A stretch of DNA of 47,164 nucleotides, taken from NCBI GenBank assembly GCA_021161185.1, contig JAGHBC010000011.1:1-47164 (forward strand), written 5' to 3'. Numbering within the stretch: position 1 is the stretch's first letter; the number at the start of each line of letters is the position of its first letter. A program made the position numbers and the translations under genes. The stretch comes from Fidelibacterota bacterium (GTDB lineage: Bacteria; Fidelibacterota; UBA2242). The notes under the pieces were generated by a model. The model had not been told where the DNA came from and ran no database searches. It saw only the letters and a program-made list of their open reading frames with translations. Below, one piece after another: positions 10,206-19,744 of this stretch.

Positions 10206-10982
10206 ATGCCGATAATAAAGAGAATATTTCTGTTATTAATATTATTAATTGCTCTTAATAATTGTGACTCTCTATTGAATAATGATATGTTAGAGGCCAA
10301 AGGTGGGGTGTGTTTAACTTTTGATGATGTGTATGTTAATGAATGGTATAAATTGTCTGATTTATTGAGATTAAATGACTTCAAGGCAACATTTTTTATA
10401 TCAAAAATTTATTCTCTTTCATCATCTGAAATTCACAATCTCAGAAAGCTGGGTTCTCTCGGTTTTGAAATCGGTTGTCATGGGTGGAACCATATAGATG
10501 CTGCTGATTATCTCACACATCACTCCTTATCTGAATATTACAACGTTGAAATTTTACCGGCTTTGAACTTTATGAATGAGAATAATCCTTCCCCGACCTC
10601 TTTTGCTTATCCCGGAGGAATGCATAACGATTCATTAGACCAGTATTTACTTCAAAAATTCCAAATTCTTAGATGTGTAACCATGGAACAGGTAAAACCC
10701 CTTACTAAGAATGTAGAAGAGATTAATGAAATTTTTATTAAGAAAAACAAATCACAAATAGTAGCCGGTCTTGGTATTGATAAACAATTTAAAATTAGCG
10801 AAGACATGCTTTATATTGCACTTGAAAGAGCAAGTGAAAATGGTGAAATTATAATTTTATATGCTCATTGTCCCGTTGATTCAAATGCACAACATTATCA
10901 GATAAATAAGTCTTATATAGAAAATTTAATTTTGAAGTGTGAGGAATTAAATTTAAAGTCATATAGGATGTCAGAAATTTAA
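10206..10982 (+). CDS. Polysaccharide deacetylase (NodB-homology, CE4-like), probable lipoprotein
   Basis: NodB-type motifs are present: the aspartate pair in CLTFDDVY and the histidines in GCHGWNH. Starting at the ATG at 10206 gives MPIIKRIFLLLILLIALNNC, a signal peptide with a lipobox-like Cys. The gene is markedly AT-rich relative to its neighbours. Confidence 0.7.
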   Translation: MPIIKRIFLLLILLIALNNCDSLLNNDMLEAKGGVCLTFDDVYVNEWYKLSDLLRLNDFKATFFISKIYSLSSSEIHNLRKLGSLGFEIGCHGWNHIDAADYLTHHSLSEYYNVEILPALNFMNENNPSPTSFAYPGGMHNDSLDQYLLQKFQILRCVTMEQVKPLTKNVEEINEIFIKKNKSQIVAGLGIDKQFKISEDMLYIALERASENGEIIILYAHCPVDSNAQHYQINKSYIENLILKCEELNLKSYRMSEI

Positions 10983-11009
10983 AAAATTTCGACTCAAGAT
11001 TTTATACTT

Positions 11010-12095
11010 ATGACAAATTTTAGATCAAAAATTACATTCATTCTTCCCGGCTTCGTATCTATTCCCATGGGTGGCGTAAAAGTCGTCCACGAATACGCCA
11101 ACCGCCTGGCGCATAAGGGGCATGATGTCACCATTGTCTATCCTGTGATTACTTGCAGCAACCCGTTTATCGGAGGACTGCGCCGAGTCGTAAAACAGGT
11201 ATACGATAAGATAACAAATGTTGCCGCCGAGTTGTATTATACACCCGATTCAAGAGTGACTGTTCTCGTGGTAAAAAAAGCCCTCTCCAAATATATTCCG
11301 GATGGCGATGCGGTTGTTGCCGTCGGTTGGCAAACCGCGGTGTGGGTTAACTGCTTACCCGATTGCCATGGGAAGAAGTTCTATTTTCTGCAACATTTTG
11401 AAACCTATTTCAGATCGAAGAAAAAAGTGCTTGAGACTTTCCGGATGCCTTTGACCAAGATCGCGATTGCCCGGTGGATTATCAATAAGCTTGAAGAATT
11501 AGGCGAAACGGCATTGGGTCCGCTGGGCAACGCCATTGATCCGGAAGAATTTTACCTCGAAACGAACATCAAAAACCGACCAAACGATGTTGTTGTAATA
11601 TACCATCATATGAATGTCAAGGGTCCTAAAGACATTATCGCAATTCTGAAACAACTCAAAAAGCGTCAAAATATTTCTGCGGTTTTAGTGTCGTCACGGA
11701 AACCGGTTCACCGGATTCCATACTGGGTAAAAATTGTGATTCGCCCCTCGCTCGAAGAATTGCGCACTTTATATAATTCCTCGAAAATATTTCTGCATAC
11801 CAGTCACAGTGAAGGCTGGGGGCTGCCGGTAATGGAGGCTATGGCTTGCGGTTGTGCGGTAGCGGCTTATGCCAACGAGGGCGTGAGCGAATTTTTAATC
11901 GATAAACAAAACGCTTTACTGGCGCCGGTAAAAGATAAAGACGCTGTGGTTAACAATGTCCGGACGCTCCTGTCGGATGACTTGCTCAGACAGAATCTGG
12001 CTGCAAACGGCAGAAATAAGGTTTGTCAATATTCTTGGGATAATATTGTAGAGCGCTTTTTAACCATTCTGCAAACTCAAATAAAACATGGCTAA
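11010..12095 (+). CDS. Glycosyltransferase family 4
   Basis: The EGWGLPVMEAMACGCAV block (Ex7E region) and GT-B length (361 aa) support the call. Confidence 0.8.
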   Translation: MTNFRSKITFILPGFVSIPMGGVKVVHEYANRLAHKGHDVTIVYPVITCSNPFIGGLRRVVKQVYDKITNVAAELYYTPDSRVTVLVVKKALSKYIPDGDAVVAVGWQTAVWVNCLPDCHGKKFYFLQHFETYFRSKKKVLETFRMPLTKIAIARWIINKLEELGETALGPLGNAIDPEEFYLETNIKNRPNDVVVIYHHMNVKGPKDIIAILKQLKKRQNISAVLVSSRKPVHRIPYWVKIVIRPSLEELRTLYNSSKIFLHTSHSEGWGLPVMEAMACGCAVAAYANEGVSEFLIDKQNALLAPVKDKDAVVNNVRTLLSDDLLRQNLAANGRNKVCQYSWDNIVERFLTILQTQIKHG

Positions 12096-13032
12096 TCCAA
12101 TAACAGTTTCCGTCATTATTCCGGCTTACAATTCGGCAAAGACCCTGCCGGTGTGTTTAACCTCGCTCCGAAATCAGAGTTACCCAAAATCAAAGGTTGA
12201 AATTATTATCGTTAATGATGCCTCTACGGACAATACCATGGAAATCCTGAACAAGCTGGAATTGCCGCCGAACACAAAAATAATTTCTCACAATTCCAAT
12301 AAGGCTCTTGCGGCAACCCGGAATACCGGCATTCGGAATGCTTCCGGGGAGATCTTTATTTTCCTTGATGCCGACATGGAGGTACCATCTGATTTTGTTG
12401 AGAATCACATAAAGTTCCACAAAAAACCCAACGTGGTCGGCGTGCTTTCGGCATTGCTACCCGCCTCGGAAAACACTATCGACAAATATCAGAAATATTT
12501 ATACAGATCAAAACGGGGCGCTAAAAAATTCCCAGACAAAACGCCATTGCCGTTTCATGTATTTATTCTGGGTATAACATCAGTTAAACGCGAGGCGATT
12601 ATCCAGACCGGCGGGTTTGATAATGAAATCATGTCATACGGCGGTGAAGATACCGAGTTTTCCTACCGGCTCTGGCAGAAATATCCTGAAGGTCTGTACT
12701 ATGCCCCTCATATAAAAGTCATCCATCACCACTATCGCCCTTTCAATGAAGCACTGAACAATATCAGCACATTCGGCAAAGAGGTGGTTCCTTATCTGGT
12801 TCAAAAACACCCCGAATTTGATAAACTTTACTGCTATTCTTATATAAAATCCCGCACCGGTCTTGTAAATAAAATCAAACGTGTCCCCGGAATCATCCTG
12901 ATGTCAACGGTGTCTTTTCAAATTCTGAAATTCTGCTATCATCTCTTCCCCTATCCAATTTCTAATGTTTTTGTACGATTGCTCATGGCAGCGGCGCTCT
13001 GGCGGGGCATTTCGCAGTCGCCGGAAATTTGA
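12088..13032 (+). CDS. Glycosyltransferase family 2
   Basis: It shows VSVIIPAYNS, NDASTDNT, the DxD motif in FLDADM, and GGEDTEF. The C-terminus is hydrophobic. It overlaps the upstream GT4 gene by 8 nt. Confidence 0.85.
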   Translation: MANPITVSVIIPAYNSAKTLPVCLTSLRNQSYPKSKVEIIIVNDASTDNTMEILNKLELPPNTKIISHNSNKALAATRNTGIRNASGEIFIFLDADMEVPSDFVENHIKFHKKPNVVGVLSALLPASENTIDKYQKYLYRSKRGAKKFPDKTPLPFHVFILGITSVKREAIIQTGGFDNEIMSYGGEDTEFSYRLWQKYPEGLYYAPHIKVIHHHYRPFNEALNNISTFGKEVVPYLVQKHPEFDKLYCYSYIKSRTGLVNKIKRVPGIILMSTVSFQILKFCYHLFPYPISNVFVRLLMAAALWRGISQSPEI

Positions 13033-13103
13033 TTGTCATCGGTCCGGATAAATTCTTTTATAATTTTCTTTTAATTTCGCGCTTAGTTGGAACTTGAGTT
13101 TTT

Positions 13104-14148
13104 ATGAATACAATTATTAAAATATTGAAAGAAAAAATCCTGTCTCTATTGACAATCTGTTTGCTTGGTACAACGAGTCTGTATTGCGGTGAGCTGAATT
13201 TCTATCTGTGCAACTTATCGGCTGATTCTGTCACCAATGTATTGTTAGTCGATAAATCCAAACAATCTCTATTCGTAATCAGGAGCAACATGCCGGGGAA
13301 TGTTCAGGTGCTGGACTCTTTCAGAATTACTACCGGCAAAGTGGATGGCAACAAGGAAGTTGAGAGAGATCGTAAAACCCCCGAAGTTATGATATCATAT
13401 CGACCATTCCCGCCAATCAGCTGCCGGCGAAATACGGTCCGCTGGCATTTGTCCTCAACTATCCAAACCATATTGATAAAATTTATGGGCGAAATGGCTC
13501 AAACATCTGGATCCACGGGCGGGATGAGGAGATTATAGATCGGCAGACCGAGGGGTGTGTGTCGCTGGAAAACGGTAAACTTTTAATGCATTAACGACAA
13601 AACACCGATAGTCCTGGACAATCAGAGTATTCTGACGGTTTTCAGCGGCGATAAAATTAAAATAATACATATCGAATCCAATTATGACCGGGGGCTCAGC
13701 TGCGATATTCTCGGAATCGGGGACGAACAGGATTTTAAGAAAAAACTTATTGTCGAAAAAACCACCCGGATAATTGTTCGCAAGGATAACCATATTATTG
13801 GTAAAATCAACCTGGATGTTGACGCTGTTGATAGCCGGTTATTTACTTACATTTTAGAAATCAATGGGCAAAAACAGGCCTTTTTTGATGGTCAGAGTGT
13901 TCCTCTTAAGCGAAGTGATCAATTTAAAATCCTGAATGTTTTGCATGAAAAAATGAATTACAGGGATTTATAAGGTTAATCTAAAGGGATATGTTCCACC
14001 GCAGGATTATAATAGCGGTGAAGACCGAAATTACCTTATAGGTACCGGCAGTTTACGATGGAAAAAATATTCGCTTAATGGTGATGGTAAAATCTATCCG
14101 CTCGTAGTTGTTAAAAAGAACGTGAATTATCCCGGATTTTTATTTTAA
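13104..14148 (+). pseudogene. Disrupted L,D-transpeptidase (YkuD/ErfK-family) gene with three frame changes
   Basis: The N-terminal signal and beta region lie in the frame of 13104. The catalytic core SYDIISTIPANQLPAKYGPLAFVLNYPNHIDKIYGRNGSNIWIHGRDEEIIDRQTEGCVSLENGKLLMH (His/Cys motif IHG...GC) lies in another frame at 13385-13594. The reading then returns to the first frame at 13593-13973 and ends in a third frame at 13972-14148. No single ORF spans the locus. Confidence 0.75.
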
Positions 14149-14212
14149 TTGAATGAATTATTTTTCAATCCCGGTCGCCAATTTATATTTTAACAGGAAC
14201 AGGGCTTTTTCG

Positions 14213-14241
14213 TTGACATTGAGACTCTCTCTCAATTAAAT
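14213..14241 (+). promoter_or_regulatory. Candidate sigma70-type promoter upstream of secD
   Basis: TTGACA at 14213-14218, a 17-nt spacer, then TTAAAT at 14236-14241, about 50 nt before the secD ATG. This is a consensus match only, and the host promoter rules are unknown. Confidence 0.3.
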
Positions 14242-14291
14242 TCAACCGCTTTTTTATAAACCGGAAATCGTTCATATAAAGGTATATTTAC

Positions 14292-16211
14292 ATGTTAAAA
14301 AAAACAAATATTCGGTTCATCATTATTGGCATAATGGTTCTGCTCGCAGCCTATTCGCTATATTGGACAGTCGCTTATCATAGCTTATCGCCCGAAAAAT
14401 ATGAGGCAATGCGTTCTGACGGGACAATTGAAAAATATGAAAACAGGACCATCCGGTTGGGTCTGGACCTTCAGGGTGGTATGCATGTCGTGCTGGAGTT
14501 GGATATTCCCAAACTGGTCGAAACACTTGCCACTAATAAAACGCCGCAATTTTATTCTTTATTACAGGCAACAACTGACGAATTTAAAGCCACCGGCGAA
14601 GATTTTTTTGATGTATTCAGACGTAAAGTAGAGGCAGAAGATTTCAAACTCGTCCGCCACTTCAGTGACCGGGGTTATAAAAATTCCGAGATTGTGAAAA
14701 ATTTACGTGATGAATCCAAGGACGCCACGCAGCGCGCCCTGCAGATTATCCGTAACCGCGTAGATCAATTTGGTGTATCGGAGCCGACGATTCAAAAAGC
14801 CGGTCAGTACCGCATTATTGTTGAGCTTGCCGGTATCAAAGATCCCGAACGCGCCCTCGATCTTATTCAGAGTACCGCACTACTGGAATTTACTCTCTTA
14901 AAAGATGCTACGATCACCCAATCTTTTATTGCATCGGTAGATGATTATCTGAAAACAGGCTCCCGGCAGGATCTGGTTTCGGCACAACCTGTCGCTGGCG
15001 ATACCGATACTACTGTGGCTTTAAAAGAATCGAAAGATAAAGCCGTTAGCGTCAACGAACTTCTCGGCATCAGCGAGGCTGATATCGATATTGAGGGCGA
15101 TACAGCCGATACGGCTCTGGTCGTTGACGAACAACTTTTTACTGAAAAACCCTTTTCAGCGCTTCTTAGGAATGTCCACAATTTTATTGGCGTGCCGGAA
15201 CGCAATGTTTATACGGTTAAGAAAATTCTCTCAAATCCCGATGTGCAAAAATTAATTCCATATGATTCCAAATTCCTCTGGTCCGCCAAGCCCCAACGGA
15301 TCACCGGCGCCGATGGTAAAACCGAGAATTACTATCTTTTATACCATCTTAATCGGGAAGCCGGTATCCAGGGGAAATACATTACAAAAGCCACCGCGAC
15401 TATCGGTGGTGGTGCAACCAAATCGGCGGGTCAACCCATAGTTAATATTAATATGAACAATGAGGGCGCCAAAATATTTTCCCGTCTGACCGGGTCGAAT
15501 ATCGGAAAATCCCTCGCCATTGTACTGGATGATAAGGTTTATATGGCGCCGTCAATCCGGGTTAAAATTCCGAATGGAGCCGCCTATATCGAAGGTCTCG
15601 AAGATATGGCGGAGGCTAAAAATATCGCTATTGTTCTGCGAGCCGGGGCTCTGCCCGCGCCGGTCAATGTCATCGAAGAAAGAACGATTGGTCCTTCTCT
15701 TGGTAAAGATTCCATCATTATCGGAACCAGACTCGGTCTTATCGGATTCCTGCTCGTTATCGGCTTCATGGCGCTTTATTACAAACGCTCCGGTTTACTG
15801 GCCGATTTAGCATTAGTGCTAAATATTCTCTTTGTTATGGCTATTCTGGCAACTCTCGGGGCAACGTTGACGCTGCCCGGTATCGCCGGTTTGATCCTTA
15901 CGGTGGGTATTGCCGTTGACGCAAACGTTCTGATTTTTGAACGTATCCGTGAAGAATTGGCGAGAGGTAAAACCGTGCGCGCCGCGATCGACGCCGGATA
16001 TAGCCGGGCACTGCGCACTATTTTAGACGCCAACATTACAACTATGTTAACCGCTTTGATTTTGATGCAGTTCGGGACAGGCCCGGTCAAAGGATTCGCC
16101 GTAACACTTTTCTGGGGTATTCTTTCCAGTATGTTTACCGCCATTTTTGTGACACGGACGATCTACAATTTCAGGACAGAGCGAAAAGTACTAAAAACCT
16201 TAAGCATCTAA
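14292..16211 (+). CDS. secD: Protein translocase subunit SecD
   Basis: 639 aa with one N-terminal TM segment, a large periplasmic domain and a C-terminal 5-TM RND-like block (GIAGLILTVGIAVDANVLIFERIREE). secF follows immediately. Confidence 0.9.
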   Translation: MLKKTNIRFIIIGIMVLLAAYSLYWTVAYHSLSPEKYEAMRSDGTIEKYENRTIRLGLDLQGGMHVVLELDIPKLVETLATNKTPQFYSLLQATTDEFKATGEDFFDVFRRKVEAEDFKLVRHFSDRGYKNSEIVKNLRDESKDATQRALQIIRNRVDQFGVSEPTIQKAGQYRIIVELAGIKDPERALDLIQSTALLEFTLLKDATITQSFIASVDDYLKTGSRQDLVSAQPVAGDTDTTVALKESKDKAVSVNELLGISEADIDIEGDTADTALVVDEQLFTEKPFSALLRNVHNFIGVPERNVYTVKKILSNPDVQKLIPYDSKFLWSAKPQRITGADGKTENYYLLYHLNREAGIQGKYITKATATIGGGATKSAGQPIVNINMNNEGAKIFSRLTGSNIGKSLAIVLDDKVYMAPSIRVKIPNGAAYIEGLEDMAEAKNIAIVLRAGALPAPVNVIEERTIGPSLGKDSIIIGTRLGLIGFLLVIGFMALYYKRSGLLADLALVLNILFVMAILATLGATLTLPGIAGLILTVGIAVDANVLIFERIREELARGKTVRAAIDAGYSRALRTILDANITTMLTALILMQFGTGPVKGFAVTLFWGILSSMFTAIFVTRTIYNFRTERKVLKTLSI

Positions 16212-16229
16212 ACTTCAGGAATATTAAAC

Positions 16230-17123
16230 ATGCGATTTTTTAAAGAAACAAATATCCAATTTATCAAATACAGTAAAACGGCAATTTCCATTTCCGCTAC
16301 TTTCATATTAGTCGGCTTGGTTTCTGTATTTCTAATCAGGGGGTTGAATTACAGTATTGATTTTACCGGCGGAACGCTTGTTCAGGTTCAATTCAGTAAA
16401 GAAACCAGCACCGGCGAAATCAGGGAAGCGCTGGCAAAGGTCAACTTGCAGAACTGCATTATCCAGAAATCGGCGGGATCAAACGAATTCATGATCCGGG
16501 TTGCGGAGAACGAAACTATTGAAAACATACCCAAGAAGGTAAGTGAAGGATTGCGAACTTTGCAAGACAATTCGTTTGATATTCGCCGGACAGATCAGGT
16601 TGGTCCGAAAATCGGGAAGGAATTGCAGAATGCGGCAATTCTCGCAATTATATCGGCAATCTTTGTAATTGGCGTATATATTTCCATCCGATTTCAGTTT
16701 CGCTTTGCTGTCGGGGCGGTTGTGGCGTTGATTCATGATGTACTGTTTACAATCGGCATTTTCTCACTGGCACAACTGGAAATTTCTCTTACGACCATAG
16801 CTGCATTTTTAACGATTGTCGGTTATTCACTGAATGACACTATTGTTCTTTATGACCGGATACGCGAAAATTTGAAAATCATGCGTTTGGATAAAATTGA
16901 GACCATTGTTAATAAGAGTATCAACGAAACCCTGAGTCGAACCATAATTACATCGCTAACCACTTTTATAGTTGTATTTGTTTTGGCATTTGCGACTGGT
17001 GAAGTCCGGATTTTTGCCATTGCCATGATTATCGGGGTTGTTGTGGGTACCTATTCATCCATTTTTATTGCCGGCCCTGTGTTAATTGCCTGGCAACATA
17101 AATTCAATGCCCAAAAGAAATAA
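16230..17123 (+). CDS. secF: Protein translocase subunit SecF
   Basis: 297 aa. It shows the FTGGT block, the LIHDVLFTIGIFSL TM core and the LNDTIVLYDRIREN motif. Confidence 0.9.
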   Translation: MRFFKETNIQFIKYSKTAISISATFILVGLVSVFLIRGLNYSIDFTGGTLVQVQFSKETSTGEIREALAKVNLQNCIIQKSAGSNEFMIRVAENETIENIPKKVSEGLRTLQDNSFDIRRTDQVGPKIGKELQNAAILAIISAIFVIGVYISIRFQFRFAVGAVVALIHDVLFTIGIFSLAQLEISLTTIAAFLTIVGYSLNDTIVLYDRIRENLKIMRLDKIETIVNKSINETLSRTIITSLTTFIVVFVLAFATGEVRIFAIAMIIGVVVGTYSSIFIAGPVLIAWQHKFNAQKK

Positions 17124-17145
17124 ATTGACATATAAATAATTTAAT

Positions 17146-17175
17146 AAAATGCTCCCGGGGGAGCATTTTATATTT
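17146..17175 (+). terminator. Rho-independent terminator after secF
   Basis: AAAATGCTCC-CGGG-GGAGCATTTT forms a 10-bp stem with a 4-nt loop, followed by a T-rich tract. Confidence 0.7.
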
Positions 17176-17187
17176 TGGAGGATCATT

Positions 17188-18438
17188 ATGCCTGTCACAG
17201 CCGTGCTGGGAGCCCAATGGGGAGATGAAGGGAAGGGAAAGATTGTCGATAATTTCAGCGAAAAAGCGGACGTTGTAGCACGCTTTCAGGGTGGCGCCAA
17301 TGCCGGTCATACTATTGTCGTAAAAGGTCGGGAAACTATCCTGCACCAATTGCCCAGCGGCATTCTTCACGCCGGAACCGATTGCATTCTCGGCAATGGA
17401 ATGGTCATTGACCCAATTGGATTAGTCGATGAAATGAATTGTCTGAGAAATGAAGGGTTTTCCCTTGAAGAAAGGATTCATATCTCTCTGATGGCTCATA
17501 TTGTTACTCCGCTTCACAAGGTTCTGGATGCAAAGTCGGAAGCATCGCTGGGATCAAAGGCTATCGGCACAACCAAACGTGGTATTGGGCCGTGTTATTC
17601 CGACAAAATAAACCGGATTGGAATTCAGGTCAGAGATTGTCAAAATCCGGAATTCTTTCAAAAAATAATCGATTCGAAAATAAAAGATGCGGTTCAAAAA
17701 GGGTTCTTGTCATTGGCGGAAAAATCAAATCTGGAGCAAAAGTTAGAAAAGTTTTATTCCTGTGTTGCCGAAGTTTACTCCTATGCGGCTGATACCTCCA
17801 CATTAATGAATAAGTACATCCGCTCCGATAAAAATATTCTTGTCGAAGGCGCCCAGGGGGCTTTATTGGATGTTGACTTCGGCTCTTATCCGTTCGTAAC
17901 GTCCTCCAACACAATCTCCGGCAATATATGCACTGGATTGGGAATCGGACCCAAATCGGTTGATTATATCATCGGCGTCTATAAGAGCTATACAACCCGG
18001 GTTGGCGCCGGGCCTTTCCCGACAGAACAGAACAATGAATATGGTGAATATCTCCAGCAGACCGGCGGCGAATTCGGCGCCACAACCCATCGAAAACGGC
18101 GCTGCGGTTGGTTTGACGCAGCCATTGGCAGATATTCGGCAATGATCAACGGATTCACATGTATAGCCATTACAAAACTTGATGTTTTAGACAACCTTGA
18201 TGAAATAATGGTTTGCACTCATTATGAAAACGGTAATTTTCCGGAAATTGATCTGGTTTCCGCCGTTCCGCATTATATCTCCATAAAAGGATGGAAGCAA
18301 TCGACATCAGCTGCCAGAAGACTTTCTGATTTACCGGTGGAGGCACAGGAATATCTGAAAATTATCGAAGACTTATTGGAGTGCCCGATATCTTATATTT
18401 CTGTTGGAAAAGAGAGAGAACAGTTTATCCGGCTGTAA
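17188..18438 (+). CDS. purA: Adenylosuccinate synthase
   Basis: QWGDEGKGK, GGANAGHT and TTKRGIGP are present. The ATG at 17188 lies 5 nt after GGAGGA (17177-17182). The track start at 17149 sits inside the terminator. Confidence 0.95.
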   Translation: MPVTAVLGAQWGDEGKGKIVDNFSEKADVVARFQGGANAGHTIVVKGRETILHQLPSGILHAGTDCILGNGMVIDPIGLVDEMNCLRNEGFSLEERIHISLMAHIVTPLHKVLDAKSEASLGSKAIGTTKRGIGPCYSDKINRIGIQVRDCQNPEFFQKIIDSKIKDAVQKGFLSLAEKSNLEQKLEKFYSCVAEVYSYAADTSTLMNKYIRSDKNILVEGAQGALLDVDFGSYPFVTSSNTISGNICTGLGIGPKSVDYIIGVYKSYTTRVGAGPFPTEQNNEYGEYLQQTGGEFGATTHRKRRCGWFDAAIGRYSAMINGFTCIAITKLDVLDNLDEIMVCTHYENGNFPEIDLVSAVPHYISIKGWKQSTSAARRLSDLPVEAQEYLKIIEDLLECPISYISVGKEREQFIRL

Positions 18439-18711
18439 TATTTTATTCCCGTTTGTCCTGCTTTTGAAGGAATTCAGGTCGTAATAAATCTCATCTACGA
18501 GGGGATGTTTATGAATTTCATTGATTTGAGGCGTATTTTTTAATAAATTTGCGCTTGGTTTTATGAAATTTAATCTTTTAATGGGATACGTTGCATTGCA
18601 AAACCGGGCAATAATTGACAGTTTCAACGCCATCCAATTTTTACTACCGGCATCAAATCTTTCAGGTAACTGCCTGTCTATTTATATTAATTAAATCAAT
18701 TTTGAAGTACC

Positions 18712-19731
18712 TTGCGTCCAGAATATTCTGATCCTCATAAGTTAATAGAAGATGTTGAAGTCGAACAAAGCGTTCGACCATCGGCGTTTTCCGAATTTAT
18801 CGGGCAACAGAAAGTGGTTGATAATCTCAAACTATACATCACTGCTGCTCGGAAACGGGGTGAAGCCCTTGACCACGTGTTGCTTTTCGGTCCCCCGGGG
18901 CTCGGTAAAACGACCCTTGCCAATATTGTTGCCCAGGAGCTGGATGTCAATATCAAAACCAGTTCCGGACCGGTTATCGAACGAGCCGGCGACCTGGCGG
19001 GAATGCTCACCAGCTTGTCACATGGAGATGTGTTTTTTATCGATGAAATCCACCGGTTGAATAATGTGGTGGAAGAATATCTGTATTCAGCCATGGAAGA
19101 TTTTACTATTGACATTGTGATCGACAAAGGGCCCAGTGCCAGAAGCATTCAGCTGAATCTGGAACAATTCACTCTCATCGGCGCCACAACACGGCTTGGC
19201 CATTTAACCTCACCTATGCGAGACCGGTTTGGAGTTGTGTTGAGGCTGGACTATTATTCCAAAGAAGATCTTTTTGATATCTTAGTTCGCACCGCCCGCA
19301 TATTAAATATCGAACTGGATCCGGAAGGCGCTTTGGAAATTGCCAAACGGTCCCGGGGAACCCCGCGGATCGCTAACCGCATTCTCCGGCGTGCCCGCGA
19401 TTATGCCCAGATAAAGGCAAAGGGTATTATCGATAAAAATGTTGCGGAAAAATCCCTGAAATTATTGGATATCGATGATCGCGGGTTGGACAATATGGAT
19501 CGCACTATTTTATTTACGATATTAAAAAAATTTGACGGTGGGCCGGTCGGTTTAAACAGTCTAGCTGTAGCGGTTGGCGAAGATTCAGAAACTATTGAAG
19601 ACGTTTATGAACCCTTTTTGATTCAAAACGGTCTGCTGCAACGCACTTCACGCGGGCGTCAGGCAACGCTGGAAACATATAAATATTTCGGACTGAAGAT
19701 GACGTCCGAACAACAAACACTATTTGAATAA
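18712..19731 (+). CDS. ruvB: Holliday junction branch migration helicase RuvB
   Basis: Walker [12 protein letters not shown], Walker B FIDEIHRL and [13 protein letters not shown]-type sensor 2 are present. The start is TTG. Confidence 0.95.
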   Translation: MRPEYSDPHKLIEDVEVEQSVRPSAFSEFIGQQKVVDNLKLYITAARKRGEALDHVLLFGPPGLGKTTLANIVAQELDVNIKTSSGPVIERAGDLAGMLTSLSHGDVFFIDEIHRLNNVVEEYLYSAMEDFTIDIVIDKGPSARSIQLNLEQFTLIGATTRLGHLTSPMRDRFGVVLRLDYYSKEDLFDILVRTARILNIELDPEGALEIAKRSRGTPRIANRILRRARDYAQIKAKGIIDKNVAEKSLKLLDIDDRGLDNMDRTILFTILKKFDGGPVGLNSLAVAVGEDSETIEDVYEPFLIQNGLLQRTSRGRQATLETYKYFGLKMTSEQQTLFE

Positions 19732-19744
19732 AGGAGGAATTTCT

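Noticed and set aside
10055-10384. 109-aa minus-strand ORF in the AT-rich region
   Set aside because: It overlaps the 5' part of the NodB deacetylase gene. Long chance ORFs are not expected in AT-rich DNA, but this product has no recognisable features and the + strand gene carries clear catalytic motifs.
13385-13594. Programmed ribosomal frameshifting in the L,D-transpeptidase locus
   Set aside because: There are three separate frame changes, none with a slippery heptamer plus downstream structure, and the last segment also lacks continuity. Decay or sequence error is the simpler explanation.
13533-13793. 86-aa minus-strand ORF across the pseudogene
   Set aside because: It is antisense to recognisable L,D-transpeptidase coding remnants and has no features of its own.
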